From assembly GCA_041664205.1 (NCBI GenBank), contig JBAYLF010000002.1:29690-93689 (forward strand): a stretch of DNA of 64,000 bases, written 5' to 3'. This DNA is from Minisyncoccota bacterium. GTDB lineage: Bacteria; Patescibacteriota; Minisyncoccia; Phycocordibacterales; JBAYLF01. The position numbers and the translations under genes are program-made. The notes under the pieces are model-generated. The model worked only from the letters and a program-made list of their open reading frames with translations, did not search any database and was not told the origin of the DNA. Shown one piece after another: positions 10,901 through 21,550 of the stretch; the stretch's first letter is position 1, and each line of letters starts with the position of its first letter.

Positions 10901-11824
10901 TTATTTTAATGCATTGGCGCCGGCTGAAATTTCTGCTATTTCGGAAGTAATGCCTGACTGTCTGGCTTTGTTATAAAAGAGTCTGAGCTCATCAACCAAT
11001 TCTCCTGCCGCATCTGTCGCCTGTTTCATTGCCGTCATTCTGCTTGAATGTTCAGATGCATTTGATTCCAGAAGCGCTTGATATAACTGCATCTTGATAA
11101 TTCTAGGGAGCATCGTATTTAAAATTTCGTATGGATTTGGTTCAAAAAGATATTCTATTTTTTCTGAATTTGCATCATGCGAACTTTCTTTTTTTATGGA
11201 ACCTAAAAATTCTTCGTGATCTTTTATATCTATCGGTAAAAGTTGTTTTACTCGGGGTATCTGTTTTGCAACACTTACGAAGTCATTATAAGCCACAAAA
11301 ACTTTATCATATCTATTAGATAGAAAATCCATGATCGCAAGTTCTGCTATTGGCGACACCTCGTCTATTCCTTCGGCTAGATCTAATTTAGAAAATTGCG
11401 CAACAATATCATAACCATAACGTTGATAGATTGCTTTGCCTTTATTACCCAAAACTATGAATTCATATTTTATATCTTGAGTTTTGTCTTTACTGATACC
11501 TCTTTTTGTAAATTCTATGACTTTATTAAAAAGAGACGCGTTGAAACCTCCACATAATCCTCGGTTTGAAGTTATTAAAACTATTCCTATCGTCTTTACC
11601 TCATTCTTCTTTTTTAAAAGAGGATGAAGAATTTCTGATCCAGAATTTACTTTCGATAGATTTTGTAAAATTTTCCAGCTTAGATCAGAGTAGGCTCTTG
11701 TTTTCAAAACAGATTCAATAGCCTTTCTCATTTTTGAGGCTGAGACCATTTCCATAGCTTTAGTAATTTTTTTTGTGCTTCCTACGGATTTTATTCTGCT
11801 TTGTATATCTCTGACTTTTGCCAT
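10901..11824 (-). CDS. atpG: F1 ATP synthase gamma subunit
   Basis: 307 aa. Conserved N-terminus MAKVRDIQSRIKSV and C-terminus ITSEIAEISAGANAL. Confidence 0.9.
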   Translation of the reverse strand: MAKVRDIQSRIKSVGSTKKITKAMEMVSASKMRKAIESVLKTRAYSDLSWKILQNLSKVNSGSEILHPLLKKKNEVKTIGIVLITSNRGLCGGFNASLFNKVIEFTKRGISKDKTQDIKYEFIVLGNKGKAIYQRYGYDIVAQFSKLDLAEGIDEVSPIAELAIMDFLSNRYDKVFVAYNDFVSVAKQIPRVKQLLPIDIKDHEEFLGSIKKESSHDANSEKIEYLFEPNPYEILNTMLPRIIKMQLYQALLESNASEHSSRMTAMKQATDAAGELVDELRLFYNKARQSGITSEIAEISAGANALK

Positions 11825-11827
11825 ATA

Positions 11828-13369
11828 TTATTCTGATTTTTGTTTTTCTAGATAATCAACCGATTCTTTGAACTCATTTATCAATGTTGATACTTTTGTT
11901 TCTAATTCTGGACTCAAAACTCCTTTGTCTTGAATTTCTTTCAAAACAGGCGCACCGTAATTTGAAAGATAATTATTTAATTCCTCTTCAAATTGAGAGA
12001 TTTTCAAAACCGGAACATTATCCATGAATCCATTTATCAATGCGTAGAACACAACAACTTGATTTGCAACTGGAACTGGCTTGAATTGATCTTGCTTAAA
12101 TATTTCTATAAGTCGTTTTCCTCTTTCTAGTTTTGATTTTGTATCGGAATCAAGATCTGAACCGAATTGCGCGAATGCGGCAAGTTCTCGATACTGTGCA
12201 GCTTCAAGTCGCATCTTTCCTGCAACTTTTTTCATCGCTTTTGTTTGTGCGGCGCTACCTACGCGAGAAACTGAAAGTCCTGCGTTTACAGCCGGTCTGT
12301 TTCCTTGATAGAAAAGATCAGGTTCCAAATATATTTGACCGTCAGTAATAGAAATTACGTTTGTAGGAATGTAAGCGGAAACGTCTCCGGCTTGAGTTTC
12401 AATAATAGGCAAAGCTGTGATTGATCCGCCTCCATAATTTTTGTTTAATTTACAAGAACGTTCGAGTAAGCGTGAGTGCAGATAAAAAACATCTCCAGGA
12501 TAAGCTTCGCGACCCGGTGGTCTTCTTAGAAGAAGTGAAATTTCTCGATAAGCAACAGCGTGCTTTGATAGGTCATCATAAACGATCAAAACATCTTCTC
12601 CTTTGTCTAAGAAATATTCTGCCATTGCACAACCTGCGTAAGGAGCAACATAAAGAAGTGACGCTGGATCTGCGGCGCTAGCTAGAACAACAGTCGTGTA
12701 TTCCATAGCTTTGTGTTCTGTGAGTTTTGCAACGATACTTGCGATCTTTGCTTCCTTCTGACCTATCGCAACATAAATACATTTCATATTCTGACCTCGC
12801 TGGTTTATTATCGTATCTATTGCAATTGCAGTCTTTCCAATCTGTCTATCGCCGATTATAAGCTCTCTCTGGCCTCGTCCAATAGGTATCATGGCATCTA
12901 TGGCCTTTACGCCAGTTTGAACAGGTTGAGTGACTGATTCACGAGTAATGACGCCAGGCGCGATCTTTTCGATCGGATAAGATTTGTCTGATTTTATTGC
13001 TCCTTTACCATCTATCGGTTCTCCTAAAGAGTTTACGACGCGTCCGATAACAGCTTCGCCAACAGGAACTTCGAAGATTCTTTTTAGTCCCACAACTTCG
13101 TCGCCCTCTTTAATTGTTTTAGGGTCGCCTAAGATGATCGCTCCAACTCTATCTTCTTCGAGGTTTAAAGCCACGCCGTAAATTGAGCCTTCTTCTGTTT
13201 TAAATTCAAGCATTTCAGACATCATGACATCGGAAAGTCCTGATACTCTGGCAATACCATCGCCGGCTTCCATAACATAGCCGACGGTCTGTGATGTTGC
13301 TTCTGATTCTGATTTGAAATCATGAATGCTTTTTCTTAATTCTTTTACGATTGTGTCTTTGTTGATCAT
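11828..13369 (-). CDS. atpA: F1 ATP synthase alpha subunit
   Basis: 513 aa, Walker A GDRQIGKT. Confidence 0.95.
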   Translation of the reverse strand: MINKDTIVKELRKSIHDFKSESEATSQTVGYVMEAGDGIARVSGLSDVMMSEMLEFKTEEGSIYGVALNLEEDRVGAIILGDPKTIKEGDEVVGLKRIFEVPVGEAVIGRVVNSLGEPIDGKGAIKSDKSYPIEKIAPGVITRESVTQPVQTGVKAIDAMIPIGRGQRELIIGDRQIGKTAIAIDTIINQRGQNMKCIYVAIGQKEAKIASIVAKLTEHKAMEYTTVVLASAADPASLLYVAPYAGCAMAEYFLDKGEDVLIVYDDLSKHAVAYREISLLLRRPPGREAYPGDVFYLHSRLLERSCKLNKNYGGGSITALPIIETQAGDVSAYIPTNVISITDGQIYLEPDLFYQGNRPAVNAGLSVSRVGSAAQTKAMKKVAGKMRLEAAQYRELAAFAQFGSDLDSDTKSKLERGKRLIEIFKQDQFKPVPVANQVVVFYALINGFMDNVPVLKISQFEEELNNYLSNYGAPVLKEIQDKGVLSPELETKVSTLINEFKESVDYLEKQKSE

Positions 13370-13380
13370 TTTAGTGAATA

Positions 13381-13782
13381 TTATTTAACAATTTGGTTTT
13401 TAAAATTATCTAATTTTTGGCTTAAGCTTAAATTTATTATCTTGTCTCCGTATCTTATGATCGCTCCGCCTAAAATATTTTTGTCTAAATTGTTTTTTAT
13501 TGAAACGGTCTTTGCGCCAGATTCTCTTCTTACATAGTCTTTTATTATTTGAGCGGTTTCTTTATCAATTTCTGAAACTGTCGTTACCTCTGCTTCTTCA
13601 AGTCCATATTTTTTATTCCACGCTTTTTCAAACTCTTTTACTATTTTTTCTCCTAAAGCCAAATCGTTATTTCTTTTTAGAATTAAAAAAAACTTTTTAA
13701 TTATCGTTTTTGTGTCTCCTTCGTTTTTGTTGTAAAGAGATTCCATCAAAATTTCTCCATATTGTCTTGCTGTAATTTTCAT
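13381..13782 (-). CDS. atpH: F1 ATP synthase delta subunit (short form)
   Basis: 133 aa. Position between atpF and atpA, and a C-terminal OSCP-like region. Confidence 0.65.
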   Translation of the reverse strand: MKITARQYGEILMESLYNKNEGDTKTIIKKFFLILKRNNDLALGEKIVKEFEKAWNKKYGLEEAEVTTVSEIDKETAQIIKDYVRRESGAKTVSIKNNLDKNILGGAIIRYGDKIINLSLSQKLDNFKNQIVK

Positions 13783-13784
13783 TT

Positions 13785-14279
13785 CTACTTTTTATTTGAT
13801 AAGTATCTGATAGTTCCTCTATCGTTTTGGATATCGGGTCGGTTTTGGATAATCTTATTTACAGACAATTTTATAAGATCAGCAATCTCGCCTTTTATCT
13901 CTTTTGCGACTTGAACTCTTTCGCTTTCGATCTTTTCTTTTTCCTGTTTTATAAAATCAGAAACATCTACTTTTGCCTTTTCCATCATATCCTGACTTCT
14001 TTCAACATTTAGTTTATTGGCCTTTTCAATAATCTCAACCGCCTCTTTTCTGGCTTGAGCAATTTGTTCCTGATACTCTTTATTTGTTTGTTCCAATCGT
14101 TCCTCTATTTCTTTTCCTTGTTCCAAACTTTTTGCTATCTTATCGCTACGCTCTTTTAATACATTAAATAGTGGCTTTAAAGCAAAAAAATACAGCACCG
14201 AAAAAGCTACTGCAAAATTAAAAGTTTGAGCGAGCAAAAGTCTGATATCGACGTGAAATGTGTTTATTATACTTTCCAT
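13785..14279 (-). CDS. atpF: Fo ATP synthase subunit b
   Basis: 164 aa with an N-terminal TM helix and a long charged coiled coil. Confidence 0.75.
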   Translation of the reverse strand: MESIINTFHVDIRLLLAQTFNFAVAFSVLYFFALKPLFNVLKERSDKIAKSLEQGKEIEERLEQTNKEYQEQIAQARKEAVEIIEKANKLNVERSQDMMEKAKVDVSDFIKQEKEKIESERVQVAKEIKGEIADLIKLSVNKIIQNRPDIQNDRGTIRYLSNKK

Positions 14280-14370
14280 AATAAAAATTAAACAAAATTA
14301 AATAACAGTCTAAAAACGAGAGGCTTAAACTAACTTTAATCACACAAACCTCCCGACATTCAAACTACTA

Positions 14371-14494
14371 AAGAATTTATGAATTTGGATGCAGTTCGAG
14401 GCGCGAGCGAGGATTGCGACCAAGCTGTAGTAAACCTACTGCGCGGAAGCAAACGAGCGACGCAACGAAGAAATGCGCCAAATACATAAATTCT

Positions 14495-14496
<2 letters not shown>
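14371..14496. repeat. 126-bp GC-rich insert with 18-bp terminal inverted repeats, between atpE and atpF
   Basis: Left repeat aagaatttatgaatttgg (14371-14388) and right repeat ccaaatacataaattctt (14479-14496) match 17/18 in inverted orientation. They enclose a 90-bp core of about 55 % GC in a genome of about 30 % GC. The right repeat overlaps the atpE stop codon. Confidence 0.5.
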
Positions 14497-14710
<214 letters not shown>

Positions 14711-14768
14711 TTAATTTAAATTAATAATAAAAATGTTTTAATACTATAAACGATTTCGACTTTTTTTT

Positions 14769-15674
14769 CTAGTGTTCCTCATGCGAGGTCATAACTGTTA
14801 AATAAATCAATATCAATATTGCAAAAATTAGTGCTTGTATAAGTCCGACAAGTATTTCCATAAAAATAAAAGGAATAGGCAGACCAAAGGCAAAAATAGC
14901 AGCCATTGATGCGAGCAAAACCTCACCAGCAAAAATATTTCCAAAAAGCCTAAATGAAAGGCTTATAATTTTTGCAATCTCGCTGATGATTTCTATGAAA
15001 CCGACAAAAAGCTTTATTGGATTAACGATCAAAACCGATGGATCTTTCATGACTTTTTTCGGTATCTCTAAAATAGCTTTAATGTTTATGAATTTATTAA
15101 AATAACTCCAGGCACCCAGAGTAATAATTCCGAAAATATGACTGACGATCACACCGATCAATGCCAGCGCTAGTGTTGTGTTTAAGTCGGCTGTTCCTCC
15201 TCTAAAGAACGGAACAAAAGTCCGTGTGCCGTTTTCTGTTGCCATGAATCCGATAGAACCAACTCCTGGTAAAATACCGAGCCAGTTATTTATCAAAATC
15301 ATAATAAAGAATGTAAAAACCAGAGGAAAGAAAAGCATCGTTCTTTTTCGCGAACCGGTAATAGAATCAAATATTTCAAGAAATTCATCAATTACGACTT
15401 CAAAGATATTTTGAATTCCTTTTGGAACTAGAGAGATCTTTGCACGCAATACAAAACCCATTATTATGACTATTAAAATCATTATCCATGAGTTGATAAG
15501 TGAGTTGGTTATAGGAAAACCTCCAATATTAAAGATTTCTTCTGCATAAAGAGTATGTTCATGTCCAGAAGATTCAGTAGTATGAACCTCTCTTGTTGCT
15601 TCTGTGTTTGTATTATTTAATTGAGCTTCCTGTTCATTCATAAGAATAATTGATTTTGTTATATGAATATACAC
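14769..15674 (-). CDS. atpB: Fo ATP synthase subunit a
   Basis: 301 aa, multi-TM, C-terminal conserved region (LSFRLFGNIFAGE). The true start may be the internal M at about 15641. Confidence 0.8.
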   Translation of the reverse strand: MYIHITKSIILMNEQEAQLNNTNTEATREVHTTESSGHEHTLYAEEIFNIGGFPITNSLINSWIMILIVIIMGFVLRAKISLVPKGIQNIFEVVIDEFLEIFDSITGSRKRTMLFFPLVFTFFIMILINNWLGILPGVGSIGFMATENGTRTFVPFFRGGTADLNTTLALALIGVIVSHIFGIITLGAWSYFNKFINIKAILEIPKKVMKDPSVLIVNPIKLFVGFIEIISEIAKIISLSFRLFGNIFAGEVLLASMAAIFAFGLPIPFIFMEILVGLIQALIFAILILIYLTVMTSHEEH

Positions 15675-15703
15675 TATCTTTTAAAATTTTTCAAAATTTA
15701 AGC

Positions 15704-15737
15704 AAAAAATAAAAAACTTGGGAATATTTCCCAAGTT
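15704..15737 (-). terminator. Rho-independent terminator downstream of the MaoC-like gene
   Basis: Hairpin aacttgggaa-tat-ttcccaagtt, with a T-run on the minus strand. Confidence 0.55.
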
Positions 15738-15754
15738 TAATTTTGTCCGAAAAA

Positions 15755-16285
15755 TTATTGTTTTATTGCCACCCTCGGCAATTTAAATGGTTCGCGAACG
15801 ATTTTTACTCTCGGCGCAAGAATGATTGTTGTTCCTGAAATAACCTCAGAACCTTTTTCATTAATTGCACTACATTTCATTGTTAGCTGAGCCTTCCCTT
15901 TCTTTTCAACGCATTCCACTATAGCAGTGATGGTGTCGCCGATGTAAACCGGAGCTTTAAATTCCAAAGATTGTTTTATTAGAATAGTTCCCAGTCCTGG
16001 AAATTCTGTGCCCATAAGCTTTGAAAATAAAGACATTACAAATGCGCCATGAACTATAGGTCTCTTGAATCTTGTGCCTTCAGCATAAGCCTCATCTAAA
16101 TGAATCGGATTTAAATCACCAGATACTGCTGCAAACATTATAATGTCTTGAGTAGTAAAAAATCTTTTGATCGAATATTTATCTCCGACTGCAATTTCAT
16201 CAGCAGTAACATTGATCGATAAATTAATTCGAGATTGCTCCAAAAATTCTGGAGCGTATGAAACATAATTTTTTGTTTTATTCAT
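15755..16285 (-). CDS. MaoC-like (R)-specific enoyl-CoA hydratase/hotdog-fold dehydratase
   Basis: 176 aa, hotdog-fold signature (DLNPIHLDEAYA...GTRFKRPIVHG). Confidence 0.65.
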   Translation of the reverse strand: MNKTKNYVSYAPEFLEQSRINLSINVTADEIAVGDKYSIKRFFTTQDIIMFAAVSGDLNPIHLDEAYAEGTRFKRPIVHGAFVMSLFSKLMGTEFPGLGTILIKQSLEFKAPVYIGDTITAIVECVEKKGKAQLTMKCSAINEKGSEVISGTTIILAPRVKIVREPFKLPRVAIKQ

Positions 16286-16340
16286 TTTATAATTTTTGTT
16301 CTAATAGCAAGAATAAACAAAGGACGATTTTTTGCAAGCA

Positions 16341-16378
16341 ATAAAAAAGCACCGTGTTGAATTAGCAACACGGTGCTT
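16341..16378 (-). terminator. Rho-independent terminator
   Basis: Hairpin agcaccgtgttg-aattag-caacacggtgct, with a T-run on the minus strand. Confidence 0.55.
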
Positions 16379-16396
16379 GGTTTTTGTTTCTGATTA

Positions 16397-16840
16397 TCAG
16401 TCACATGAAGAAGATCTGCGACTTACCATAGTGATTAATAAAAGAATTCCACCGATGATTAAACGAGCATAATCCCACTGGTAACCTGCACTTCCATAGA
16501 TTAACGCTGTACTTAGTAAAAAAGCGCTACCAACATAAAGACCACGCCTTACTGCAAAGATGATCAGAGGGACTGCTGAAAACGTACTAGTAATCCCTAC
16601 TATACCTAAGAAAATCCCGATCTTTGGTAGAACTGTTTCAGTATTCATCTGCTTTACTGAAAATCCGCTTATAACCCAAATGAATAATACGATGAGTGCG
16701 AAAATGCTGGCAAAAATAATTGTCCATACAACATACCACTCGTAAAGAAAGTGAGTAGATTTAAGATATACTTCTTCTAATGGAAGCTGTGAAATTACAC
16801 ACAACCAAAAGGAATATAAAAAGCTAATGATTAATCCCAT
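16397..16840 (-). CDS. Hypothetical membrane protein
   Basis: 147 aa, 4 predicted TM helices. Confidence 0.4.
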   Translation of the reverse strand: MGLIISFLYSFWLCVISQLPLEEVYLKSTHFLYEWYVVWTIIFASIFALIVLFIWVISGFSVKQMNTETVLPKIGIFLGIVGITSTFSAVPLIIFAVRRGLYVGSAFLLSTALIYGSAGYQWDYARLIIGGILLLITMVSRRSSSCD

Positions 16841-16932
16841 ATTTTTCTTTCTTTTTTTCGTTTTTCTTAAGACCTGGTTAATCCAAATCTTTTCTTTTTA
16901 TAAAATACATACAAATGAATTTTTTGTCAAAC

Positions 16933-16962
16933 TAAAACTGCGGGCTTTTGCCCGCAGTTTTA
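16933..16962 (-). terminator. Rho-independent terminator
   Basis: Hairpin actgcgggc-ttttg-cccgcagt, followed by a T-run. Confidence 0.55.
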
Positions 16963-16986
16963 TTGAATTTAGAATATAATTCGATT

Positions 16987-17625
16987 TTAATAACTTACGA
17001 AATGCTTGATAGAAGCTTTTGATTGGAGGTCTTGAATATAACTACCAACCGCAGCATTCATTTTTTGTTGTTGTAATTGAGTTGCAACTTGAGCCTTAAC
17101 AGCTTCCTCTTGTCCTGCTGCAACTGGAACTTTATTGTCCTTTATATATTTTGCAATTTCTTCATCTGTAACCGTTGCTTTGCTAGCTAAAAGTTTTTCC
17201 AATTTCTTTTGAACAGTAAGTTGTTTTTTGAAATCTTCTAAAGTTAGACCTTGTGCTGTTAGAGCTTGATCCAAAGTTCCTCCTTGTGCTTTTATTTGAT
17301 CTTCTACAGTTTTTACACTTGCGTCTATTTCAGAACTGCTTACGGTAATTTTATTTTTTGAAGCTTCGCTGTCTATAAGTTTTTGAACTATGAGAGCACT
17401 TAGAACTTGTTTACCAGAATTTTTCTCAAGCTCTTTGATAACTTCAAGTCGGCTTATAGGAGATCCGTTTACTGTTGCTGCAACTAGTAAACCTTTGTAA
17501 TAAAAGATCACTGCTCCGATTATAAGGATAAGAGCTATGATTACTGCAGTTCTCATATTGAGAAAATTTTTCTTTCCAGCTTCTGCTGGACTATTTTCCA
17601 TTGAAGGATTCATTGATTCGTCCAT
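16987..17625 (-). CDS. SurA N-terminal domain-like periplasmic chaperone (no PPIase domain)
   Basis: 212 aa. N-terminal TM anchor (AVIIALILIIGAVIF), then a SurA_N-like helical region (VNGSPISRLEVIKELE...). Confidence 0.45.
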   Translation of the reverse strand: MDESMNPSMENSPAEAGKKNFLNMRTAVIIALILIIGAVIFYYKGLLVAATVNGSPISRLEVIKELEKNSGKQVLSALIVQKLIDSEASKNKITVSSSEIDASVKTVEDQIKAQGGTLDQALTAQGLTLEDFKKQLTVQKKLEKLLASKATVTDEEIAKYIKDNKVPVAAGQEEAVKAQVATQLQQQKMNAAVGSYIQDLQSKASIKHFVSY

Positions 17626-17792
17626 ATTTTTGAATTAAATTATTTTTTTATAATTAAGACTTTTAATTGTTTTAAAGTATATCACATACGTTTATCAACT
17701 ATCAATACTACAATAAACAAAAACCAATTTTGGTTGGTTTTTGTTTGACAAAACTTGTATTTTCTGTAATTCTGAAATCAGAAAATAATAAA

Positions 17793-18341
17793 ATGAACAG
17801 ACAAAAAAGAACTGCTATTAAAGAAAAATTTAAGAGACAATTAAAATGTAGTCCTGATTTTAAACAAAAAAAGTCTCCAGAGAAGCTCGGATTTACTGAG
17901 GTTGTTTCCAGAATGATTGAACCTGGACACAAAATTACTCATAAACAATTTAGACGCTTATATAGACAAGCATCTGGCTGGAGAGATATCGACTTTCTTG
18001 CTCAAATACTTACTAATAGCAAAGCAGAGGTTGTTTTTTGTGACGGTATTAAAATTTCATCTGGATGTTTGTTTGAACACACATACGGTGAGGATGGTTA
18101 CTGCAAAATCTTTTTACCTTGTTTATGGCGAGGAACATGGAAATACATAGTTTTTCCGCATGAATTATCTTATGAAGAAATAATGGATTTTGTAAAACAG
18201 AAAATTGAACAAGGTAAACCAATCAAACTCACTCGATCAGAAAAGAAAAAATTAAGCAATAAAGTTAAAGTTCAAAACAATCTTTCTCTCACAGAAGTAT
18301 TGAAAAAACTTAAAGAACTTCTGCGATTAAAAATTGTTTAG
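17793..18341 (+). CDS. Hypothetical basic protein
   Basis: The ORF-track frame is 17730..18341. The likely start is the internal ATG at 17793 (MNRQKRTAIKEK...). Lys/Arg-rich with several Cys. No recognisable domain. Confidence 0.4.
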   Translation: MNRQKRTAIKEKFKRQLKCSPDFKQKKSPEKLGFTEVVSRMIEPGHKITHKQFRRLYRQASGWRDIDFLAQILTNSKAEVVFCDGIKISSGCLFEHTYGEDGYCKIFLPCLWRGTWKYIVFPHELSYEEIMDFVKQKIEQGKPIKLTRSEKKKLSNKVKVQNNLSLTEVLKKLKELLRLKIV

Positions 18342-18389
18342 TTCTCAAAATCTAGTTTTAATAAGAACAAAGAAAGAAAGGTGGTGATT

Positions 18390-18557
18390 ATGAACGAGTT
18401 TGATGTAGAAGTTAAGATCGTGGCACCTAAATGCGAAGTTTTTGATCAAACAATCAAGATTGAAGCGACTTCGTTGGAAGAAGCGAAAAAAATAGCACGA
18501 GAGAGAGCGCTAGCAGAGTGCGCGCTTACCGGATATTATAGAATTGAAGTGCGGTAA
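18390..18557 (+). CDS. Hypothetical small protein (55 aa)
   Basis: Below the ORF-track threshold. ATG at 18390, preceded by a strong SD (aaggtggtga). Translation MNEFDVEVKIVAPKCEVFDQTIKIEATSLEEAKKIARERALAECALTGYYRIEVR. An intrinsic terminator follows immediately. Confidence 0.45.
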   Translation: MNEFDVEVKIVAPKCEVFDQTIKIEATSLEEAKKIARERALAECALTGYYRIEVR

Positions 18558-18579
18558 GCTAAATTTAATTCTCGAATTA

Positions 18580-18614
18580 GGTCCTGGCACATTTCGTGCC
18601 AGGACCATTCTTTT
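18580..18614 (+). terminator. Rho-independent terminator
   Basis: Hairpin ggtcctggcac-atttc-gtgccaggacc, followed by attctttttattt. Confidence 0.65.
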
Positions 18615-18632
18615 TATTTAATTGTGTATAAA

Positions 18633-19436
18633 TTACTTTATTAAATTTCGCACGATCTCTTCATCTTCGGGGTTTGTAACACCGAACCATCTATCTTGTG
18701 CGGGATAAATTTTCATTTTTATTTTTCCTTCATTGATAAGAATTGCTAATTCAACAGGAAGCAGACACTCTGCCTTTCTGTCTCCATTGTGAGCTTTTTT
18801 AAAATCAACCAATTTTTCACAAAGAAGATCTAATGTTTCTGGATGCAAAGCAAAAATATTCATACTGCATAGATCATCCGCTGTATTTCTAGTTTGAGCG
18901 AGATTATTTTTTTCTATATTAAAAGTTTCTTCGATATCCTGGACCATATCATTTTCAACTTTAAAGATTCCCCTGTTAGTTTTGCCTTGTTCAGGTATAA
19001 CATCTGAGAGTTTGTAACCTATTGTTGCTTCTTCGTTTTCTTTAGATAAATGATTATGAAGAGTTTCGATGTCTAATTTTCCATAAATATCGTCTCCATT
19101 CATTATAATAAATGGACAATTTACTACGTCTTTTATCGCGCATATTGCATCAATAGTTCCCCACGGCCTATCGCGCTCTGATTCGTCATAATTTTGCAAA
19201 GCGTATTCTACTGGAACACCCTTATATTCATTATTAAAAAAATCTTTGAATGGGGCTTCGGTCTTGTTTCCAACAATAAAAATTATCTTAGAAAATCCTA
19301 AAGGAAGCGCTTCGTTCAAAGAATACTCGATCAGGGTCTCGCCATTCTTGCCGATCCTCGCGAATTGTTTTATTCGTCCGCCGAATCTAGACGATATCCC
19401 AGCACACATATATACAAGAGCTATATTTTTATCCAT
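18633..19436 (-). CDS. Sugar-phosphate nucleotidyltransferase (NTP_transferase family)
   Basis: 267 aa. N-terminal glycine loop ALVYMCAGISSRFGG and a C-terminal WFGVTNPED motif resembling RmlA/GalU-type enzymes. Confidence 0.55.
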   Translation of the reverse strand: MDKNIALVYMCAGISSRFGGRIKQFARIGKNGETLIEYSLNEALPLGFSKIIFIVGNKTEAPFKDFFNNEYKGVPVEYALQNYDESERDRPWGTIDAICAIKDVVNCPFIIMNGDDIYGKLDIETLHNHLSKENEEATIGYKLSDVIPEQGKTNRGIFKVENDMVQDIEETFNIEKNNLAQTRNTADDLCSMNIFALHPETLDLLCEKLVDFKKAHNGDRKAECLLPVELAILINEGKIKMKIYPAQDRWFGVTNPEDEEIVRNLIK

Positions 19437-19466
19437 AGTCTGTTTTTTATTAATTTTTTAAAATTT

Positions 19467-21533
19467 CTATTTACAATCAACCGAACACATTCCTGATGTT
19501 CTCTCTACTGTATCACAAACTCCATCTCCGCATTTTCCACTACTTTGTTGTTCTTGAGTTGGTGGGGTTGGTGCAGAATGATTTTCAGTAGGCGTATTAT
19601 CAGTTTCTTTTTTTACAATATCACAATCCAATGAACACATTCCAGATGATTTTTCAACAGAATCACAAACTCCATCTCCACATTTCGGATTGCCCTGCTG
19701 TCCTTCCGGTGTTGTTGTGTTGGTGTTATCTTTTGAATTCAGATCGTATCCTCTGCATACATAATAATCTTGCAAATTAAATAAATTTATAAATTCATTC
19801 AGAGTGTGATCTTTCAATATTGTATCACTTGGTTTTATCAGACCGCATATGCAATTTATTTGAGAAGTGTAATTTATAATATCTTTTAATCCAACCACAT
19901 CATCCTTTGACCATATAGGACCATTAATTTTATCCGTTTCCAACCCAGATGCATAGCCTGTATAGCCACCCATGCATTTTGTTACCTTGCCCGTCAAAAC
20001 AAGGGCTTGTTTTTGTTGATCTAGGTCAGATGAACCCGTAAGACCCTTTCCGCTAATACCCTTACTTTCTATTCCAAACAATGAAGCCTTGCCACTTTTT
20101 ATTGCCCTCGCTATAAAAGTGAATATAAGAGTGGACTGTTCGTTTTTATCAAGAGAATATTCCACATGATTGTTCGAGTAGATTCCGTCAATATTTGGAT
20201 TGTTTAAGATCCCATCGTTATTAGTGCCTTGATAGATAAGAATATGGTTTGGATCAAGTGATTTAAATAATGATATAAAAGAATTTCTAGAATTTTCTCT
20301 CACATATTCTCTAAATTCATAGAGATCTTTCCCTTTTTGATTTAGATCTTCTAATTTAACGAAATAGTTTAGTGAAAAATCATCAGGAAAACCTTTCTTG
20401 CTATTTGGGTCTTTTAATAAATTATTCGCATCTGGTATCTTAATATTACTTAAAGATAAAGTTGGATCGCCCCAAGCGCCTCGTAAAGCAGTATCACCCT
20501 TATATTTATTTTTTATCCAAACCTTAAATTCGCTTTGAGAAAAATTTGAGTAGCCGGGTATTTGATCATAAGGAGTTTCTCCCATTAATCCTCCATAAAT
20601 TCCCCTGATTTGCACATAATCCGAATATATATCTTCTCCCGTAGGACCAACGGACGATAACCATCCTATCAATGCAGGATGATCTTTATATCGACTGATA
20701 ACTGCTTTTAGAAATTCTGAATAATCGTTTTGGATTGTTTTGCTTCCCATGCTTGGATAGTTATATTTCCATCCATATGAATCCGTTTCGCATTCTTTGC
20801 ATGTTTTGTAAGGAGTTACAGAATCTTCATCTTTTCGAACCATTAGCATGCCGTTTGTTGCAATTTTTGCTTGAGGCCCGCCATTTTCAGAGATATCAAC
20901 GGCTGGCGTTGCACAAATTAGCTCTTCTTTTGGTTTAGTGCAACACCTTAAATCGCTTTTCGCACAAATTTCTTTAGGAATACATGAAGTAGAAGCATCT
21001 TTTTCAGCAGGAATGCATGGCGTTATTGATTCTGGAGACAAAACATATGGAGGAAAGTCATTTTCTTTTATCCACCATTCAGGGATCATCTTATGCAAAG
21101 CGGGATAGAGTATCACATAAATTCCTTTTTGTTCGGCATAATTCATAGCTTCATCAAAATCTTTAAAATCTAGCGAAGAATCTATGCCATTTGGTCGAAT
21201 TGTTGCTGTGTCTAAATCAGACCACCATACTCGCAACACAAGAGTATTCGCTCCATTTGCGATAGAGTCGACAATTACTTTTTTTGCAGAAATAAGCCAC
21301 TCGCCTTTTTTATAGCTTGTTTCGTTTAGAACTGTTGTGTTGGGATAATAATACCAATCGCTTAATAAAAGTTCCTTTTCTTTTCCGTTAATAAAAATTC
21401 TTGGTATATCATTAACTTTTGCTACGTAGCTTTTTATTGCAGGTGCTTTATTGAAAATTATTTTAGAAACATAAAATCCAACTCCACCCACGAGTAACAA
21501 TAAAACAAAAAAAATCGCAATACGCTTTTTCAT
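19467..21533 (-). CDS. Secreted or membrane-anchored putative glycoside hydrolase (TIM-barrel like) with a C-terminal Cys-rich tandem repeat
   Basis: The ORF-track frame is 711 aa. The likely start is the internal M at 21533 (MKKRIAIFFVLLLLVGG signal/anchor). The C-terminus has two copies of KCGDGVCDxVExxSGMCSxDC. Confidence 0.45.
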   Translation of the reverse strand: MKKRIAIFFVLLLLVGGVGFYVSKIIFNKAPAIKSYVAKVNDIPRIFINGKEKELLLSDWYYYPNTTVLNETSYKKGEWLISAKKVIVDSIANGANTLVLRVWWSDLDTATIRPNGIDSSLDFKDFDEAMNYAEQKGIYVILYPALHKMIPEWWIKENDFPPYVLSPESITPCIPAEKDASTSCIPKEICAKSDLRCCTKPKEELICATPAVDISENGGPQAKIATNGMLMVRKDEDSVTPYKTCKECETDSYGWKYNYPSMGSKTIQNDYSEFLKAVISRYKDHPALIGWLSSVGPTGEDIYSDYVQIRGIYGGLMGETPYDQIPGYSNFSQSEFKVWIKNKYKGDTALRGAWGDPTLSLSNIKIPDANNLLKDPNSKKGFPDDFSLNYFVKLEDLNQKGKDLYEFREYVRENSRNSFISLFKSLDPNHILIYQGTNNDGILNNPNIDGIYSNNHVEYSLDKNEQSTLIFTFIARAIKSGKASLFGIESKGISGKGLTGSSDLDQQKQALVLTGKVTKCMGGYTGYASGLETDKINGPIWSKDDVVGLKDIINYTSQINCICGLIKPSDTILKDHTLNEFINLFNLQDYYVCRGYDLNSKDNTNTTTPEGQQGNPKCGDGVCDSVEKSSGMCSLDCDIVKKETDNTPTENHSAPTPPTQEQQSSGKCGDGVCDTVERTSGMCSVDCK

Positions 21534-21550
21534 AGAATAAATTTCTAAAT

